DNA from: Hormiphora californensis
Lineage: Eukaryota; Animalia; Ctenophora
Assembly: GCA_020137815.1 (NCBI GenBank)
Contig: CM035362.1
Coordinates: 2,356,001 to 2,420,000, forward strand
DNA length: 64,000 bases
Reading direction: 5' to 3'
Shown: piece by piece, positions 62,201 to 64,000 of the stretch
Layout of the letters: each line of letters opens with the position of its first letter
How positions within the stretch are numbered: the first letter of the stretch is position 1
Translations under genes and position numbers: made by a program
The notes under the pieces: model-generated
What the model was told of the DNA's origin: nothing
What the model saw: the letters and a program-made list of their open reading frames with translations, nothing else
Databases searched by the model: none

Positions 62201-63944
62201 ACTCTCTCAGTAACCATGGCAACCATTATCTCTCACTCTCTCAGTAACCATGGCAACCATTATCTCTCAGTAACCATGGCAACTAAACAATTGTTTCTGC
62301 AGGTATGAGTATGACGGATGAGGCCAAGAAGTGTGATCCTGGTTATTACTGTCCAGCTGGATCAACAGAAGCCAAACAGGTTCGTAGCAGCACTTTTTAT
62401 AGGTGCTCGTTATAAATCCCAATCACCGCTAATTGTCTTGAAGCAACTCACGATATCCAACGTCATGCCTTGCCTTTTCATGGTAGCCGCTGGATGTGCC
62501 CCTTACCGGTGCGTTACCATGCTCTCCTTCTTGGTTACGAAGTCACCCCTGTTATTGTATTACCGACCTACCCTCCTAGGTATCATGTGATATCGGTTAC
62601 TATTGTCCCGGTACGGGTAACGCAGACAAACAGCGTTGTCCCAGTGGCCAGTACCAGGACCATGCAGGACAGGAGGAGTGTGAGGAGTGTGCCGCCGGGT
62701 ACTTCTGTGATCAAACAGGTAAAATTATACCGAATATAACAAACACTACAGAATGGTTGCTCAATATTTTTAGGCTCATACATTTTTACTTGAACCCCTG
62801 ACACACAATTTCAGGTGATTCGGTAGCCCAGCTAACAGCTGATTTCCATTGTCCCCTGGGTTACTACTGCCCTGCTGGTACCAAGTTTTCAACCGAACAC
62901 CCCTGCCCCGCCGGAACTTATGGCAATGAAACAAGGTATATTTCGATATTACATACTTAAATTTCAACATTGGTTCGATCAAACAAATTCTGATCTCCGC
63001 TATAGCCATCCTTATATATTGCAATTATGCCTTATAATGGCTCAGTACGTATTGCTCAAACCATTATATCTGTTCAGATCGGAGAGTCCTGAAGACTGTA
63101 AAAAGTGTGATGCGGGGTGGTACTGTGATGGAACTGACCCAACGAAACCTACTGGTATGTAAACATGTTAATTTGTAGCCTATATTCCCCTAAAGAGTTA
63201 TTATTTGTTTTGATTTGTGATCAATAACTTGAAATGTGATCTTCTCCTAGGAAAATGCGAGGAGGGATTCTGGTGCGAGTTCGGTGCAACGAGATCCGAT
63301 CCTACGGGAGATACAGATGGATCAGGTAGCTGATATGAATTAGCATCTAATTAGCCGATTAATTTACGTATTAACTGCTCCTGCATGCCTCCTCAAGTTG
63401 ACATCTTAATATTTTAACATCCTAACATCTTAGTAATCCATCTTAACATCTAGGTGTTTGTCCGGCGGGTCACTACTGCTTGGAAGGAACTGATCGTAAG
63501 GAGCAGTATCCCTGTCCAACAGGCACATTCTCACCCCAAATTGGCCTGGAAGAGAAGGCATCTTGCCAAGATTGTACTGAGGGATTCTTTTGCGAGTAAG
63601 ATATAATGCCTTTCATCTACATTCTGAACTTTAGTCTGACTGATAAACAGTCGTTATTCTAGCGGGTTCCATCTTAGATTCAATCGTAACCCTGATCCTC
63701 CCTTTTCAGATTCTCAGCCCTAACCCTCCTCCTTTTTTCAGCACGACGGGTTTAACAGAGCCCGGTGAACAGTGTTATGCAGGGTACTACTGTGAAGCTG
63801 GCAGTACAACTGGAACCTCCAAAACATGCCCTAAGGGAGCTTATTGTGAGGCTGGTTCAGTAGCACCCAGACCGTGTCCCCCAGGAACGTGGTCTAATGA
63901 ACAGATGCTGGAGGATGTGGCATCATGTCAGGACTGTTTGGCAG
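25266..63944 (+). CDS. Giant secreted/surface cysteine-rich protein of tandem GCC2/GCC3 (Ephrin_rec_like, CPxGxYC) repeats; continues past window
   Basis: Exon 1 25266-25344 is [27 protein letters not shown] (signal-peptide-like). Exon 2 is 25726-25795. Roughly 100 short GT-AG exons follow (estimated, not counted exactly), all encoding CPAGYYC/CxxGTY repeats, e.g. 39825-39946, 44739-44850, 54180-54340, 63742-63944. The large intron is 44851-54179. Confidence 0.85.
25417..25637. mobile_element. Palindromic TTAA-flanked MITE in intron 1 of the giant gene
   Basis: TTAA GCGACAGGC...GCCTGTCGC TTAA with internal inverted arms. It shares the TTCCGGTTC...ATAAG...GCGACTT block with 7990-8030. Confidence 0.7.
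30628..30837. repeat. ~20-bp minisatellite (ATGCTCCTTCATAAAAC)
   Basis: About 10 units; related units at 30990-31050 and 57765-57847. Confidence 0.9.
36357..36562. repeat. ~45-bp minisatellite
   Basis: GTGAGATTGTTACAATAACTAGGAGAGAGAGCACGGCTGTG, ~4.5 copies. Reverse-complement relatives at 26965-27065 and 55255-55532. Confidence 0.85.
38313..38453. mobile_element. pogo-type MITE, same family
   Basis: TA|CAGTCGGACCCCGATTTACCGGG...CCCGGTAAATCGGGGTCCGACTG|TA; close to the 6625 copy. Confidence 0.85.
39266..39831. repeat. 36-bp minisatellite, ~16 copies
   Basis: Unit CACGTTCACTCCTTATAAGGTCAAGACCCCACGTGA; the last copy supplies the real acceptor (exon starts 39825). Confidence 0.95.
43761..43869. 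mobile_element. hAT-type MITE (109 bp)
   Basis: CATGAACCGACCGAA...TTCGGTCGGTTCCTG flanked by GTACAAAG/GTACAAAA (7 of 8 match). Its translation ([28 protein letters not shown]) is a string I recall as recurrent in Pleurobrachia gene models. Confidence 0.8.
45184..46008. mobile_element. Non-autonomous TIR element with G-run termini and 8-bp TSD (Merlin- or MULE-like)
   Basis: GGTCTAAT|G10ACATGTTAATT...AATTAACATGTC12|GGTCTAAT; subterminal TTAACAAA repeats. Confidence 0.8.
47370..47619 (+). mobile_element. L2/CR1-clade LINE ORF2 fragment
   Basis: [15 protein letters not shown]...[26 protein letters not shown] resembles the endonuclease-RT linker of L2/CR1 elements; truncated. Confidence 0.65.
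47680..48760. mobile_element. DNA-transposon relic with ~260-bp imperfect inverted arms
   Basis: 47680-47950 is the inverted copy of 48050-48316. The distal part has CAAAGTTACCCC repeats and ends ...AACTTACGG|TA. Confidence 0.65.
49255..52612 (+). CDS. LDLa-repeat GPCR, GRL101/RXFP(LGR)-like 7TM, ~1068 aa, two exons, nested in host intron
   Basis: Exon 1 49255-51922, intron 51923-52073, exon 2 52074-52612. Signal peptide; LDLa modules ([62 protein letters not shown]); LGR-type TM motifs [41 protein letters not shown]. Confidence 0.92.
52888..52893 (+). promoter_or_regulatory. Putative polyadenylation signal of the LDLa-GPCR
   Basis: AATAAA ~280 nt after the stop codon, in AT-rich 3' sequence. 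Confidence 0.5.
53038..53793. mobile_element. MITE with ~200-bp TIRs, TA TSD (mariner-like)
   Basis: TA|ACGGGTGATAACTAAAAATTG...CAATTTTTAGTTATCACCCGT|TA; explains the mirror ORFs 53030- and 53610+. Confidence 0.85.
55255..55532. repeat. ~32-bp minisatellite
   Basis: TCTCTCTAG(T/G)TAAAGTAACAATCTCTCTTGT, ~8 copies. Confidence 0.9.
57075..57246. repeat. 12-bp tandem repeat
   Basis: CCCCTAACAACA, ~14 copies; a short version is also at 56896-56920. Confidence 0.95.
59663..59796. repeat. ~32-bp tandem repeat including exon end and donor
   Basis: CC(C/A)TGCCCATCAG|GTAATGGTAACCATGGTAA, 4 copies. Confidence 0.9.
62118..62283. repeat. 26-33 bp tandem repeat with GTAACCATGGCAAC core
   Basis: TCTCTCAGTAACCATGGCAACCATTA, ~6 copies. 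Confidence 0.9.
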
Positions 63945-64000
63945 GTGAGAGAGAGAAGATACACTCCATAGCTGATATATCTTCAAATGTCATCATCTGA

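Overview
Eukaryotic, intron-rich animal DNA. It is most likely a ctenophore such as Pleurobrachia; this is inferred from ~100-300 bp introns, ctenophore-style GPCRs and a MITE whose translation I recall from P. bachei gene models. Two large genes lie head-to-head around 24.0-25.3 kb. (1) Minus strand: I traced 33 phase-compatible exons (24001 to 2655, 1295 aa so far, running off the left edge). They encode five AKAP-like amphipathic helices, many RRxS sites, ~15 SH2-type tyrosine motifs and an Asef/collybistin-type SH3 domain. (2) Plus strand: a giant signal-peptide protein of tandem CPAGxYC (GCC2/GCC3, Ephrin_rec_like) repeats, roughly 100 exons from 25266 to beyond the right edge. Each gene hosts a complete two-exon GPCR on its own strand inside its largest intron. 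The first GPCR is enclosed by ~75-bp Kolobok-type terminal inverted repeats with TTAA duplications, spanning almost the whole host intron, which suggests transposon-carried receptor cargo. The second is an LDLa-type (GRL101/RXFP-like) GPCR with no LRRs. Introns are full of MITEs, microsatellites and tandem duplications that copy the adjacent splice junction, often together with RFX X-box-like palindromes. All gene models are hand-built and need RNA confirmation.
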